NCBI RefSeq assembly: GCF_036321535.1
Contig: NC_087436.1
Location: forward strand, 27,282,001 to 27,346,000
DNA: 64,000 bases
Reading direction: 5' to 3'
Origin: Camelus dromedarius
Taxonomy: Eukaryota
The translations under genes and the position numbers were made by a program. The notes beneath the pieces were generated by a model. The model searched no databases, had not been told where the DNA came from, and saw only the letters and a program-made list of their open reading frames with translations. Numbering within the stretch: position 1 is the stretch's first letter; every line of letters starts with the position of its first letter. Below are positions 25,730-38,202 of this stretch, piece by piece.

Positions 25730-26503
25730 TTAATTGTAAATTATATTAACAAACTAAAAACGGGTATCTATATAATCATCTTATTTGTTAAAAAAAGCAT
25801 TCAGCAAAATTCAACATCCATTCCTGGTTCAAACAAATAAACAACTTTCATCAAAATAGAAATAGAAAGACAATTTTTTAAGTGCCTAATAAAGAACAGT
25901 TAGGAAAAATCCTGTAGCTAACATCATACTGAAGGTAAGAAATGAATTGTTTTCCCCTAAGGTCAGGAACATGACAAAGATGTCACCTTTCATGACTTCT
26001 ATTTAACATTGTACTGACGTTCTAGCCATTGCAATCAGGCCATAAAATGAAATAAAAGTCACTCAGTATGGAAAAAGAAAATGAATAAAATATTTTTATC
26101 TGTAGGCAGCATGATCACCTATGCAGACAATCTGAAGTACCTAAAAAAAAACCTGCTAGAACTAATTAGTGAGTTTAGCAAATTTTAAAGGACATAAGAT
26201 AAATCCAACTATCAATTGTATTTCTATTTGCTAACAATGAACAACTGGAAATTAAAGTAAGAAAAGAAAATAGCATTTACAATAGCACAAAAAAGAAAAA
26301 CACTTAGGGAAATCTGACAAAACATGAATGAGGGTATGCTGAGAACAATAAAACATAATTGAGAGTAACCAAAAAAAAAAAAAAAAAGACCTAAACAAAT
26401 AGAGAAGTATATCTTGTTCATAGGTTAGGAGTCTCAATATTATTAAGATGTCAGTTCTTCCCAAATTTGTCATGGATTCAACAAAATCTCAATGAAAATC
26501 CCA
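25730..26503 (+). mobile_element. L1 ORF2 reverse-transcriptase fragment, frameshifted
   Basis: gcattcagcaaaattcaacatccattc (AFSKIQHPF, cf. AFDKIQHPF); ctatttaacattgtactg (LFNIVL); degraded FADDMI.Y..NP; ctgctagaactaattagtgagtttagc (LLELISEFS); aatattattaagatgtcagttcttcccaaa (NIIKMSVLPK). Confidence 0.9.
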
Positions 26504-27388
26504 TGTGCTCACATATGTTTAGCTTTTCTGCTCTGCTCATAGCTAGGTTTAAGGGCTTCTCAACATGTCCTTCCTTTGTCCTTGGTAGACGTTGGAAGGT
26601 CTATTTCACCTTAAAAGGTGTATCTTATTACAAATTAAATTAATATGGTTTTATTACACATCAGTTACTGAAGTTTCTTTGTATCCTAAATGGTCTAGTC
26701 ATTAAGTCCATTCATTTATTACCCTCGTGCTTTAATACAATGATAGTTGAGCTACAGGAGAAAACACTCAATGATCCAAGAAGAAAACACTTTGTGACTT
26801 GACAACTTAAAATATTATATTGCTATATCACTCCAAAATGTCTGAGTCTATGTTTGATCTAAATATCTGAAAAGGGAATGAATATATGGAAATGTGACCA
26901 AGAATGCCAAGGAGTTAATACAAGCCATACCCACTTCTTCCAAAAGAGCAAAATTCACTAATAGTCTTTCACATTTTCACAGGCTAAAATATTAGAGCTA
27001 AAGTGAAATATAATGACCTTTTTGATAGGCATTATGATGCTTTATGATGAACTGACTTGGTTAGGCTGAAGTTCCTAGATAGTCAAGCACTAAACTGTGT
27101 ATTCCTGTGAGGGGATTTTGCAGATTTATTAAAGTCTCTTGTAAATGAACTTTCAATAAGTATCTTACCTTTGATGTGCCTGACTTAACTAACTGGAAGG
27201 TCTTAAATGCAGGGCAGAGGCTTTTTAAGGAGAGAAATTTTTTACCTATTGTGCACAACAGCTTTGGGTCATTCCTGTGGGGTCCATCCTGTTCATTATC
27301 TTCCCTTCTTGATCTGCCCTATAAAGTTCTGAATTCCTTAGCTGGCTCCACAACTGCTTATGCCAGTTCCTTGTAATAAGTCCACGTA

Positions 27389-27512
27389 CAGTTGACCCTT
27401 GAATAATATGGGTTTGAACTGCATGGACCCACTTATACACAGATTTGTTTTCCATAAATCCTACAGTTCTACATGATCCACAAGGTTGAATTTGCAGGTG
27501 CAGAACCCGGGT
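27389..27512 (+). mobile_element. Tigger2/MER8-type TcMar DNA transposon left end
   Basis: TA followed by cagttgacccttgaataatatgggtttgaactgcatggacccacttatacacagatt, which matches the Tigger2 TIR. Confidence 0.85.
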
Positions 27513-30500
27513 ATAATAAAATTTTACTGGCTCTGCTTCTCTAGTTGAATCTTGACAGATACAGACATGAAGCTTCTCCTGACATCTGCATTAAGACTTT
27601 ATTTTATTTGAATATGTTCTAATGAACCAGAATTCCTGTAAAAATCAAAACGGCCATTCCAAAGACTACCTCCTGTGTTATATTCCCTCATATATCTAGT
27701 GATTCATTAATGAATTTCCTCATTTACCCTATATTTTCTAGGATTTAGATATGCTACCAAGAACTCAGACTTCAACTGGAATTGGGGGAAATTGAAAAGA
27801 TTTGAGTATTTAAAATACCTGTAGCTATATTTTTCTAGCTATCATAAGACTCTATAGTAATATGATTAGCATAGGTGTCAACTTTTATCAAAGAAACTGG
27901 CAGAAGATGGCACATACAAACGTTTTGATCTGACTGAGGGCAGAAAAGAATATATCAAATAATTTCAGAATCAGAGTACATGTAATTAGAATTTTTAACA
28001 ATGATGGCTGAATTATTATTTATGTTAAGGTTGGTTCCTTTTTAAAGCTAATTCTTGTTCTTCTCCAAAATGAAAAAATTACTAATATATATTGTTCTGA
28101 AAAAATCCTTAGTTGCTATCCAGTATCTTTTTTACTTGACTTTTTAAAATAATATATGAGTAACATAATATGATTCTTCAGATTGAACCAAATCTGAGGT
28201 CTTTACTATATGCAAAGTTCTATAACAAATATTGTAAAGATATCAAAATGTATTTGTAATGCAGGGTCTTATAAAGTGGTTATTTTCTCTGAAAGTAGTT
28301 TTCTATTTTAATGCAGTTGTTGTTACTGAGATATACGCATCAGTTATCCATTCATGAATATCTACTCTCATGAATATGTTAACTACCAAAACCTCTAGTA
28401 CTGTCTATATCAAATGTTGAATTAAGGTCTATACACAATAAATTTAACAAAGTCTCTGTAGAACTTAAATCATCATCCACTAATTCATACAAAGTTATAC
28501 ATTGCACATATAATCTTTCTAATCAGAAACATAATAAATCCAAGTCAATGCATTTGGCAGAGTATACTTTATAAACTAAACAAAAATGACATTATCTACA
28601 TCATATTAATATAAACTTAAATCACACTGAAAAATGTATAAACCTTTGAAATGATTCAGATGATGACAATAAAAAGCTAGTGGCTTTTAGAGCTTCTCAT
28701 AGCACTATTAAAATGGATAAGATGCAATACAAAGCAAACTTTCAAAATAATTTCAAAATTATATATGATATGCCATCCAGGTAATTATGATATACCACAA
28801 TTAATTTAAATGTTGAAGTTTTCATACCATGTCATTAAAACAAACAAAGACTAGACTCAATGGAACTTATTATTTTGAATAATTTTATCAAGAAACAAGT
28901 AATTCATGGAAAGAAACAGAACTAAGAAACTTTTGGGCATCTGTCTGAATCATAGTTTATTTAATTTCCTGTTACTTCAGAGAATTATATGTCCTGATAA
29001 AACCTATGTTGGAATTATGACATCAAAGGAGTAAAGTTACCTATGTGAGGTCATTTGAAGAGGCCCAAATGCTGTGCCAAACCTAAACATTACCCTCTTC
29101 CCCACTAGTTACATCTTACAGCATTGTTTTAAGTTTCAAAAATGGAAAAGACAAATCATACAGAAACTCACTTTTAAAATCATATGTTAACCAGAAGGAG
29201 GAAAAGATGGTCAACTAATCTCCCATTGGACAGGGTACCTCAGATAATTGCATTAAATTAAGAAGTTGCTGGTTTTGAAAGTTAAGAGAAGGTGTGATGT
29301 TTAACGTCTTAGGGAAGATGAACAAATAGGGTGAGTTAGATCAACAGGCAGAAAACAGTGTACAGCTTGAAGTATACTGATGGGGAAATAAAGTGGAAGC
29401 AAACTGGATAAGAGAGATTTAGTATATTTTCCATACATTACCAGTCTATCGATGCTGTTCTAAGTTCCATAGTGGGCTCAGACCTTCCTCTGACATCCAT
29501 CACTAAAGAGCAAATGTCAGGGGAAAGGCAAGAGTGAATTTTGCATGCGTATTACGAGAGTCCAACTGCTGACAGTTTCTCAAATATAATAAATAAATGA
29601 TAAATATTTCATTTTATATATTACTTTTAAATACTAATCTTTCTTCCTGGAGCAATATTAATTTAATTTATGGAAAAAAATTTAAGCCATCTACTTCTTC
29701 TGGTAAAGGTTAAACAGTTTCTTGTCAAATAAAAGCATGCTATTTCTTAAATAAAAGGGCAGATTTGTTAATATAACTTGGATTTACTTGCACATATGTC
29801 TTAAGTCTTACTGGATGATTGGATGAGATGACCTTTATGTCCATCAAAGCCCTGAGATTTGATGATTTATGATTAAATAACTTTCATTTACTTCTATACA
29901 ATAGGAAATGTGATATAGCTCCAAAATTTTTAATTAAGTAGTTCTCTTCTAATCATAGAGATTTTCATGCAAAGGACACAGTCATAAAGAAGAATAACCA
30001 ACTCTAAGAGGCCTTATTTTGATCATGTTAATGAGTGGCATGGCTGGGACTTCAGGCACCAGGGTCAGAAGTTTGCAAACTAATTGGAAGAATATGTGAA
30101 AGACTTAAGACAAGCATGTTGAGATAGACCAAGAATTCATCGCTGTTTACCATTTGTTAGTTTTGTAACCCACAGCAAGTCTTCTTACAGCAGAGAATTT
30201 TGTGAAGATTAAATAAAATGTTCTATGTGTAACCACTTCCCCAATTACAAAGTTTTGTACAAATTAAACATTTTTTACTCTTAAATATTATCATGATTTT
30301 ATGTTTACATTAATGTTCTAGACATAAGTATAGATACATTTTCTATATCAACTTCTGCAACTCTGTAGGTCGTGTCTTTATAGGACTTTTCTAGAAAAAA
30401 TATGGTAGAAGACAAGAGAAAAATACCTTTCTCCTGGGTTTCTAGGCTTCTAAAATGCTCTTGAGCATGTGCAGGGTACACACTGATGCGTCTTCTAGCT

Positions 30501-30689
30501 TTGTACCTTGTGTCTTGTTTAGTCAGCTATCAGTCTGTGACTCAAAAAAATTAATCATAGCTTGTATAAATAAGGTCCAGTGAAAGAAAACTCTGAAGAA
30601 TGCAAATACATACTTTCATGTGTTCTGCGTCTGCCTAATTACCCTATCCACAATTTCACCTCCCCAATGACTCATACATCTCTTCTTTG

Positions 30690-30925
30690 CTCTATAATTC
30701 CTCTGTAGCATTTACCATTATGTCTTTGATGTAGTGATGTTATATCTTTGTAGTGTCGATGCAGTGTCTAACATTACACACTTCTTTGTTTTTCCCTCTA
30801 AATTGTGAATTCTATGAGAGATTTTTGTCTGTTCTATTCACTGTTGTGTCTCAGGCCCTAGAAGAGTTCTAAGTATTGATGGTATCCAAAAAATATCTGT
30901 CTAATGAATGAATGAATGAGAAGAA
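30690..30925 (+). mobile_element. L2 3' end
   Basis: aattgtgaattctatgag...ttttgtctgttctattcactgttgtgtctcaggccctagaa...aatgaatgaatgaatga tail. Confidence 0.85.
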
Positions 30926-31759
30926 TGAGAATACTAGTTTCCAGGAAATCATTTTATTTACATTTTCACATCCAGAGGTGTATTTATCCATCCCTACTCT
31001 CTGTATGATAAATGTTTCCTCTTGATACATGGCAAAAATGAATAAATACTGAAGCAATTCAGTGCTTTTATCCACCACCTTGAACGTTATACAGATTTGG
31101 AGGACAAAGTTAGAGTTAAATTTACTTCTATTCTTGGAAAATTTAGACAGACTCCAGATTTCTTCCCACATAGTAAGTTGTTCAAGTAAAATTCATTACA
31201 TTTTCATTACGTTTAGTTATTTTCTAAGTAGTAGCATGAAATGCTTAAAGCTAGAGTTGGCTTAATTTCAACAAATTAGTTTTACTTTAATAACCCAGAA
31301 AATTAAGCAAGCTTACTTTTCTCTGGGTTTAACATTTGAACTGAATTTATAAGTTTAGGAGAATTATTAACTTGGTTTAGTAAGAGCTGGTTATTTAGAT
31401 GTTTTGGAAGATAAAGATTTGTATTTTCACAGGCATTTCAAAATCATTATAAGATACTATGATGATCAACCTTCTCTCAACACCAAATAAGATTTTGAAT
31501 TAAGTTTTATTTTCATATTGGGCCTAGTAAAATGTTTAATTTCCCAGGTAAATTTTTATTTAAAATATATGAATTCTGTTGCTTTCATTATATGTTTATT
31601 TAAGAAAGTTAATTTGTTCAAGATTAGTCTTTATGTACTTGCTTGTAGTGACATACAAAACAAAACAATGATAACCTTGCATGGGTCTAATGAACAAACT
31701 TAGGCAGGGCGAAAACTGATGCTAACAAGACTTTTAGCTCAAATTTCCTTCACGTATAT

Positions 31760-32200
31760 TTTTTCTGTTTATCAAATATTCCTTGAATGCCATTATGTGT
31801 CAAACACTAGTCTAGACACTAGGAATTCAGAAAGTGGAATTTATAATCTCCTGAGAAAATATGTATAGTAAGCAAATAAATGTATAATATTTGGCCATTA
31901 TGGGTGCTATGAAATAAATAGAGTGAAATGATACTGACTGCACTTTAATATTTAAGCAGGTTTAATGGATGAGGATGAGAAGACCACTGAAAGATTATCT
32001 AGTCATCTTGGAAGAAAATTACAAGTAGGGAGAACAAAAAATTCAAAATTTTTCGTAGGGAATAAGTGCAAAGGAAGAAGGAATTCTGCTCTTTTCAAGG
32101 ACAAAAAGAACAATGTGGCTGGAGAGTATAATTCAAACAGGAGGATGAAAGTCAGGTGGGAGAGAGGGGCAGGGTCAAGGTCTTGTAAAGATGAAGAGCA
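31760..32200 (-). mobile_element. L2 3' portion
   Basis: atcaaatattccttgaatgccattatgtgtcaaacactagtctagacactagg; aatgtggctggagagta; ggggcagggtcaagg. Confidence 0.7.
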
Positions 32201-32344
32201 TCATCCAAAGAAGAACTCCAAGGGCAGCAAGTAACTTCTTGTCCCTGATCTCACTCTAGTCACTTCCAAAATTAACAAACTACATTGATATTTTTGTGTA
32301 TATTACTAATATATTGAGTTTAAAAATTTCAAAAAATGTATACC

Positions 32345-32490
32345 AGTTCTAATGGTTACTTTCCATTTACAGTTATTACAAAATACTGGCTATATTCCCC
32401 TATTGTACAAAACATCCTTGAGCCTATCTGATACCCAGTGGTTTGTACCTCCCACTCCCTCACCCCTATATTGCCACCCACCCTATGTTG
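32345..32490 (-). mobile_element. L1 3' UTR fragment
   Basis: ttccatttacagttattacaaaatactggctatattcccc...acatccttgagcctatc...gtttgtacctcccactccc. Confidence 0.8.
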
Positions 32491-33561
32491 ACTTTTAATT
32501 GTTTGCTGCTGACTTCATTTAAGTATATGCTATATATACTAAATGGTATATGCATATAACATATAGATAAGTGTGTGTGTGTGTATTTCATCAAAATGAT
32601 TTCCAGTGGTTTACAAAATACGAGATTTTCCACATAAATGCTTTTCACCTCATATTCTAATTTAATAGCAACACCGGCTGTGGCTTTAGATATTGCATTG
32701 CCTGAGTTTCTAAGGGGTTGTGTACCAGAGGACTGCAAATGGCAATCCACACAAACTTGTCTATGTAAGAAAACAGAGTCAGAGGTGGGTAGGAGTCAGT
32801 TACAGGAAGAGTTGAATTAGTCAGCACCTCTCACTTACCCCACCTCCCCACCCTATCATTCTCTTGGCTTTGAAAGTAGGGAGAATACAAGTGGCCTTCA
32901 GAATTCAGAGTTTTATCCAGAGGGGAAAAAAGACAAATGCGTATTTTTTCTCAAATAGACATAGTTGAAAATGAAAGACTGACTGGCATATCCAGCATCC
33001 AACACAGGCAGGACACATGGCAACCTCAGACACCCAGAGAAGCAAAGGAGGCACCCTTCCTTTCCAGAGACTCTTTGAAGGACCCTGCTAGACCATGGTG
33101 GGCAGAAATGGCAGCAGTATATGCGACAGGGAAGGAGTCAGTTGTGGGTCGGTGTGATGCAGGTGAGAGACAAAGGGCCACACAGCTGCCCCTTTGACGT
33201 CCTCAGCAATCAAGAGCCGGCTGCATGAGAGAGCTGAATATGTCACACACGTGCTGTGCGCAGACCTCACTGTCATGATCACCTGACTGGCTCTAAACCA
33301 GCCTGAAACCACAGGCTGGCACTGCCCTATTTATCTTAATGAGCCCTAAATTGTGTAATCAGACTCCTCTCTTTGGTACCTTCTCCCAGGCAGAGTCATA
33401 CCCTTTGAAAAGAAGCAGGACAGGTGAGCAGTTTAAAAGGGTGCTAAACATACTTAAAGAAAAGCCTGGATATTGAAATGACTGGGCAATTGAAACACTT
33501 GACAGCAACCGGAATTTTAGTACCAGGTTAGGGTTTGCAGTCACTGGTCTGGATTGAGAAA

Positions 33562-33995
33562 ATCTGTGTTTCCCCAGAAGCATCCCCAAGACTCTAATTC
33601 AGTGCAAGTAGGTTCTTTGAGAGGTGACAGAGAGGGAAGGAGAAGTGAGAAGGGGACACTATGCAGTTAACTGCCAGTGGGGACGACTGGAGTTCAGTCT
33701 CACTGGAGACAACGAGGAAACACCAGTCAGAATAATTTTACCTGGTGGGTGAAGGAGCTGGGGTCTTTATATACCAACCCTGGTGGTTCTGCCTGAGTGT
33801 GTGAGGGGAGGTATTAATTCTACAGCATGGGTAGCCTGCTGCATGGGTGTTAAAGTGGGATCCAAGGCAAGAAAGCGCAGATGCAAAGCAATGCACCTGG
33901 CATTTGGAAGTCAGGCTAGTGGGCCCTGAAGTGCTGAGGCTGTGGGCAGGGCGCTGCCAGCGGGTAGCACCCGAACTGGCGTAGGAAAAGATGAC
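33562..33995. mobile_element. Old ERVL-type LTR (LTR33/LTR16-like)
   Basis: tttccccagaagca...agtgcaagtaggttctttgagaggtga; ggagctggggtctttatataccaac. Confidence 0.6.
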
Positions 33996-34194
33996 TGCAT
34001 CAGGAAAATGCAGGTTGGTCCAGTGCCAAGAAAGACATATGTAACTATGTAAACTATGTAAACTAAACAAAATCAAGTTTGCACATATTTGATGGTGAGG
34101 GCCTAATCATACTTGTTGTGCATATTGATATGACTAATTAGATTCCAATTGTAAGTGTGGAATGGGAAAACTAAGAGTTATTATGAAGCAAAGA

Positions 34195-34345
34195 GGTGTC
34201 AGGCATGCTACTGGACACATTCCTTCATTTATTTTCACTATAACCCTTAGGACCTTACTGTACTTATTTAAAAGAAGAAAAATTGAGACACAGAAAAGCT
34301 AAGTTTCAATTTCACATATCTAGTACAGGATAAATATGGGATTCC
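34195..34345 (-). mobile_element. MIR fragment
   Basis: gtgtcaggcatgctact...gaagaaaaattgagacacagaaaagctaag. Confidence 0.55.
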
Positions 34346-35699
34346 CCACAAGGCTACACTTGGCACTTTGCTAACAAATAAATGCATAACAAAACGATCA
34401 ACATGAATGAGTGAAAAATGAAAAAAAAAGACATTTTGATATGAATATTGTAATTAAAATACTTTTAATAAGGACATAACTTTGAAATGTTCTCATTTAT
34501 GTGTAATAACATGAAATTCCCCAAGCCATAGTGATTTAAGATGTTACATTCTAAACATATCTGTATCCAAATATAATGCTGGCTAGAATATCTTGTTCTC
34601 ACTCAAGTCTCTTCATTTGGGGAAATTTTTGTTTTAATATTTGCATGCTGCTCAGTGGAAGCCTGTCTCTCCCCAGTGTGAAACTTTGCATTGTCCTGAA
34701 CACCTGCTCCATATGGTACCTTCATCTCTGGCTCCACTGAGCAGCAGAACTCCACTCCAGGACATCATTTTGTTATGCACTAAATGTGGAGATAAGATAA
34801 AGGAAATCTAGTTGTCTGGATGTAAGGAGTATATCTGCTATTTTCATCCCATGCCTCTCTCATTATTTGACTGTCTCTTCTCTTTCTCCCATTTTTATAT
34901 TTTTTCCTTGATTGTTTAAGGGGAACATCTGCACCTTGAATATTAACTGTGCCTTTTTTGTGTTTATTTTCTTCATAATTCTTCCTTTATATACTTTCAA
35001 CACTTTATGGTGTCAGAGCATGAAGTAAGAATTATATTTGGTAATATTCACAGCTCAGAAACCTGACCAAAAGCATGTTATAAAATTTCAAATAATTAAA
35101 TAATAAAATTTTACTATATTTAATATTTTTCAAGTATATGCCATATACTATGTGTTTGTAGACAAATTACCTGGTATCATCTTATTAAAAGCCTCATACT
35201 TTTGGTGTTATCCTTAAGAAGGATCAATGGTATATCATAATTCTATTTCCTTTATGTGGCCTTATCATCCTGTACTATAGAGATACTGAAATGATTTGGT
35301 TTTAAGAGTAAAGCTCAGCTTTAGCATACAAAATAATACTATACACTATTGAAAAATCAATGGTATCCATAACTTCATAATCATAAAATACATGCATTGA
35401 TTAAAAATATAAATGGGGATAAGAGAAGTGTCGTTGGCTAACCATCTGCCATGTTTCAAGTAATTAACATAGGCACAACTACCTGCTATCTCAGTCGTTA
35501 TAATAATCCTGTAGTAGAGGTAGAATCACATCCACATTACAGAGAAGAATTTGAACCTCTGAAAGTTAAATTAACAAAAGGAATAGGAGTTATGTAAAGA
35601 TTTCTTGGTAACTCTGGAAAGTAAAAGGAAATTGATAAGTATCTTCAAAGATCTTATGTAGTTTTCCATGATACTTGTTAACACTAGATGTCAATCTAT

Positions 35700-36670
35700 T
35701 TTTCTCCAAATATGAGTAATACAAATTTGAGGATGACAATTAGAAGATCACAAGTGAGAGATACCACTACTGAATCAATATGAGTGGGAACCAAGAAAAT
35801 ATGAAAACCCATTCTATCCAAAAGAGAGTGAAAGGACAAATTAAAGACAGAGGAAAGAAAAGGAGGAAGGAATGGATGAAGAGGGAGGGGGAAATCGATC
35901 AAGCAATTTTGCCAAATGGAAAATACAAAATACCATGGTAGGAATACCAAAAAAAAAGTCTTAACTCATTAGTAATCAAAATGCTTAAGATTAAAACAAA
36001 GTGCTATATGCTGTTTACAAGGGTCACACCAAAAAGTAAAAATGATAAAATAATGCATGATAAAACACTGATAAAATTAATGAGTATTCAAAATGTAAGA
36101 AAAAATAATAAAGTAAACATAATAGTAGTTTATATTTTAAGCTGCCTCAAAAATATTTTGTAGACTTAAAGAGAATAAGAACATAAAACATGAATTATTT
36201 AAAACCCATGTGTTCATAATTAACAAGCCTGACCACATATATTATGTATTATTCAGCAAACAGAAAACACGTTTTTTCAAGCATTTAAAAATTGATTAAT
36301 TTTAATTAATGCCAACATTTTTCAATATGAAGTCCAAATTATATTCAAATAATACTGTAAATTGGGATTTAAAGGGAAAATATTGCAAAACATATATATA
36401 ATGCTGAGCAACTATGAGGCTGTTTCTAAGCACTGAGTAAGATTCCTTAAATAATTTATTACACTTGTGTCTAAAAATTAGGTATAAATATGCTCAGTGC
36501 AGCATTGAAAACAACCCAAATGTTTGTCATATGGGAGGGTTGGAATAAATTATATCCCATTTTGACTATGGATATAAAATCAAATCTATAGACTACTTTT
36601 TTTGCAATTTAAAACAGTTGCCTAGACATAAACGAACAGATTTAGAGAGATCTCCAAAGCAAATATTAAA
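35700..36670 (+). mobile_element. Ancient L1ME fragments
   Basis: aactcattagtaatcaaaatgc; tatatgctgtttacaag; cagtgcagcattgaaaacaacccaaatgt...aataaattat. Continues after the young L1 at about 37340-37600. Confidence 0.55.
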
Positions 36671-36685
36671 AAAATGTCACAGATA

Positions 36686-37327
36686 CCCAGCAATCCCACT
36701 CTTGGGCATATAACCAGAAGGAACCCAAATTCAAAAAGACACCTGCACCCTAGTGTTCATAACAGCACTATTTACAATAACCAAGACATGGAAACAACCT
36801 AAATGTCCATTGACAGATGACTGGATAAAGAAGTTGTGGTATGTTTATTCAATGGAATACTACTTAATCATACAAAATAACAACATAATGCCATTTGCAG
36901 CAACATGGATGTCCCTGAAGAATGTCATTCTAAGTGAAGTAAGCCAGAAAGAGAAAGAAAAATACCATATGATATCATTCATATGTGGAATCTAAAAAAA
37001 AAAAAAGAAGAAGAAGACAAATGAACTTACATATAAAAAGAAACAGACTCAGACATAGAATATAAATTTGTGGTTGTCAGGGGGGAGGTGGGTAGGAAGG
37101 GATAAACTGGGAGTTTGAGATTTTAAGATACTGACAGGTACATATAAAATAGATAAACAAGTTTATACTGTATGGCACAAGGAAATATATTCAATGTCTT
37201 CTAGTGGCTCATGGTGAGGAGGAATATGAAAATGAATGTATGTATATTCACCTATGACTGAAGAATTGTGCTGTACACCAGAGGTTGACACAACATTGTA
37301 AACTGAATATAACTCAATTAAAAAAAA
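36686..37327 (+). mobile_element. 5'-truncated young L1 (ORF2 C-terminus, 3' UTR, polyA) with TSD
   Basis: ORF 36753-36995 (FITALFTITKTWKQPKCP...WIKKLWY...MPFAATWM..VILSEVSQ) is the canonical L1 ORF2 C-terminus. TSD gtcacagata at 36676-36685 and 37328-37337. Confidence 0.96.
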
Positions 37328-38055
37328 GTCACAGATAAATATGTATAGCACCTTTTATGTAAACCCTTGTATAATGGACATTGATATATTTTTGGTTATC
37401 TGTAATAAACACATCAAAACAGGATTGGAAGAATGCATGGTTACCAGATTCATAGTATTTATCCCTGAGTGAGAGAAGATGCAGTGGAAGAAAAGCCATC
37501 GGAAAAAGGACATTCATATTTATCTCACTGTATTTACACATTATTTGAAACTCTTACCACAAAAATGATTTGTGTATTATTTAGTAATTAAAAATGTAAA
37601 ACACGCACACATGCACCACTTAGATATATAATTGCCAGTTTCTTAGTAGAGACTGACAACACTAGTGTTGCTACATGGTACTTGTCAACTCATATTTAGA
37701 TGTCACATAATTTATTGTAACAGAATCCTGACTGTTTCTTTGGGAAAGTATATTTATGTTTACACCTTGATCACTTTTACTGCTCCTTTTTTCTACTTTT
37801 GTTTCAAATTTAAAAGAAAAGCATATATAACTATATTGTCCATTGCTGTTGTACAAGATGATAGACATCTAAAGCATCATGGGAGCAAGATAGGCTAGAA
37901 TTTGAGCTTCCAGGAGGATTGGCAGGATCAGAATTGTGGTCACCAAGACTTGGGAGTGCAGTGTGGACTGGGCAGTGAGAGAACTAGGAAGTGACATGCT
38001 CTTTAGTTTGGGGCAGTGGAGAGGAGAAACTTATTAGGATATAGAATTGGTCCTT

Positions 38056-38202
38056 GGATGAATTGGTAGAGCACAGAGGATTTTTAAGGCAGATAAAATT
38101 ATTCTGTATGATACTGTAATGATGAATGCATGTCATTATACATTTGTGAAACCTGATGTAAACTGTGGACTCTAGTTAATAAAATGAAAAAAATTTTGAA
38201 AA
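38056..38202 (+). mobile_element. L1MC-like 3' UTR fragment with A-rich tail and TSD
   Basis: gagcacagaggatttttaaggcag...attctgtatgatactgtaatg...catgtcattatacatttgt. Flanked by agaattggtcctt (38043-38055) and agaatttgtcctt (38203-38215). Confidence 0.8.

Noticed and set aside
27742..27805. Possible exon after ttttctag encoding FRYATKNSDFNWNWGKLKRF
   Set aside because: No good donor site and no recognisable peptide.
36753..36995. 80-aa ORF with real protein similarity
   Set aside because: It is the C-terminus of L1 ORF2 in a 5'-truncated copy, not a host gene.
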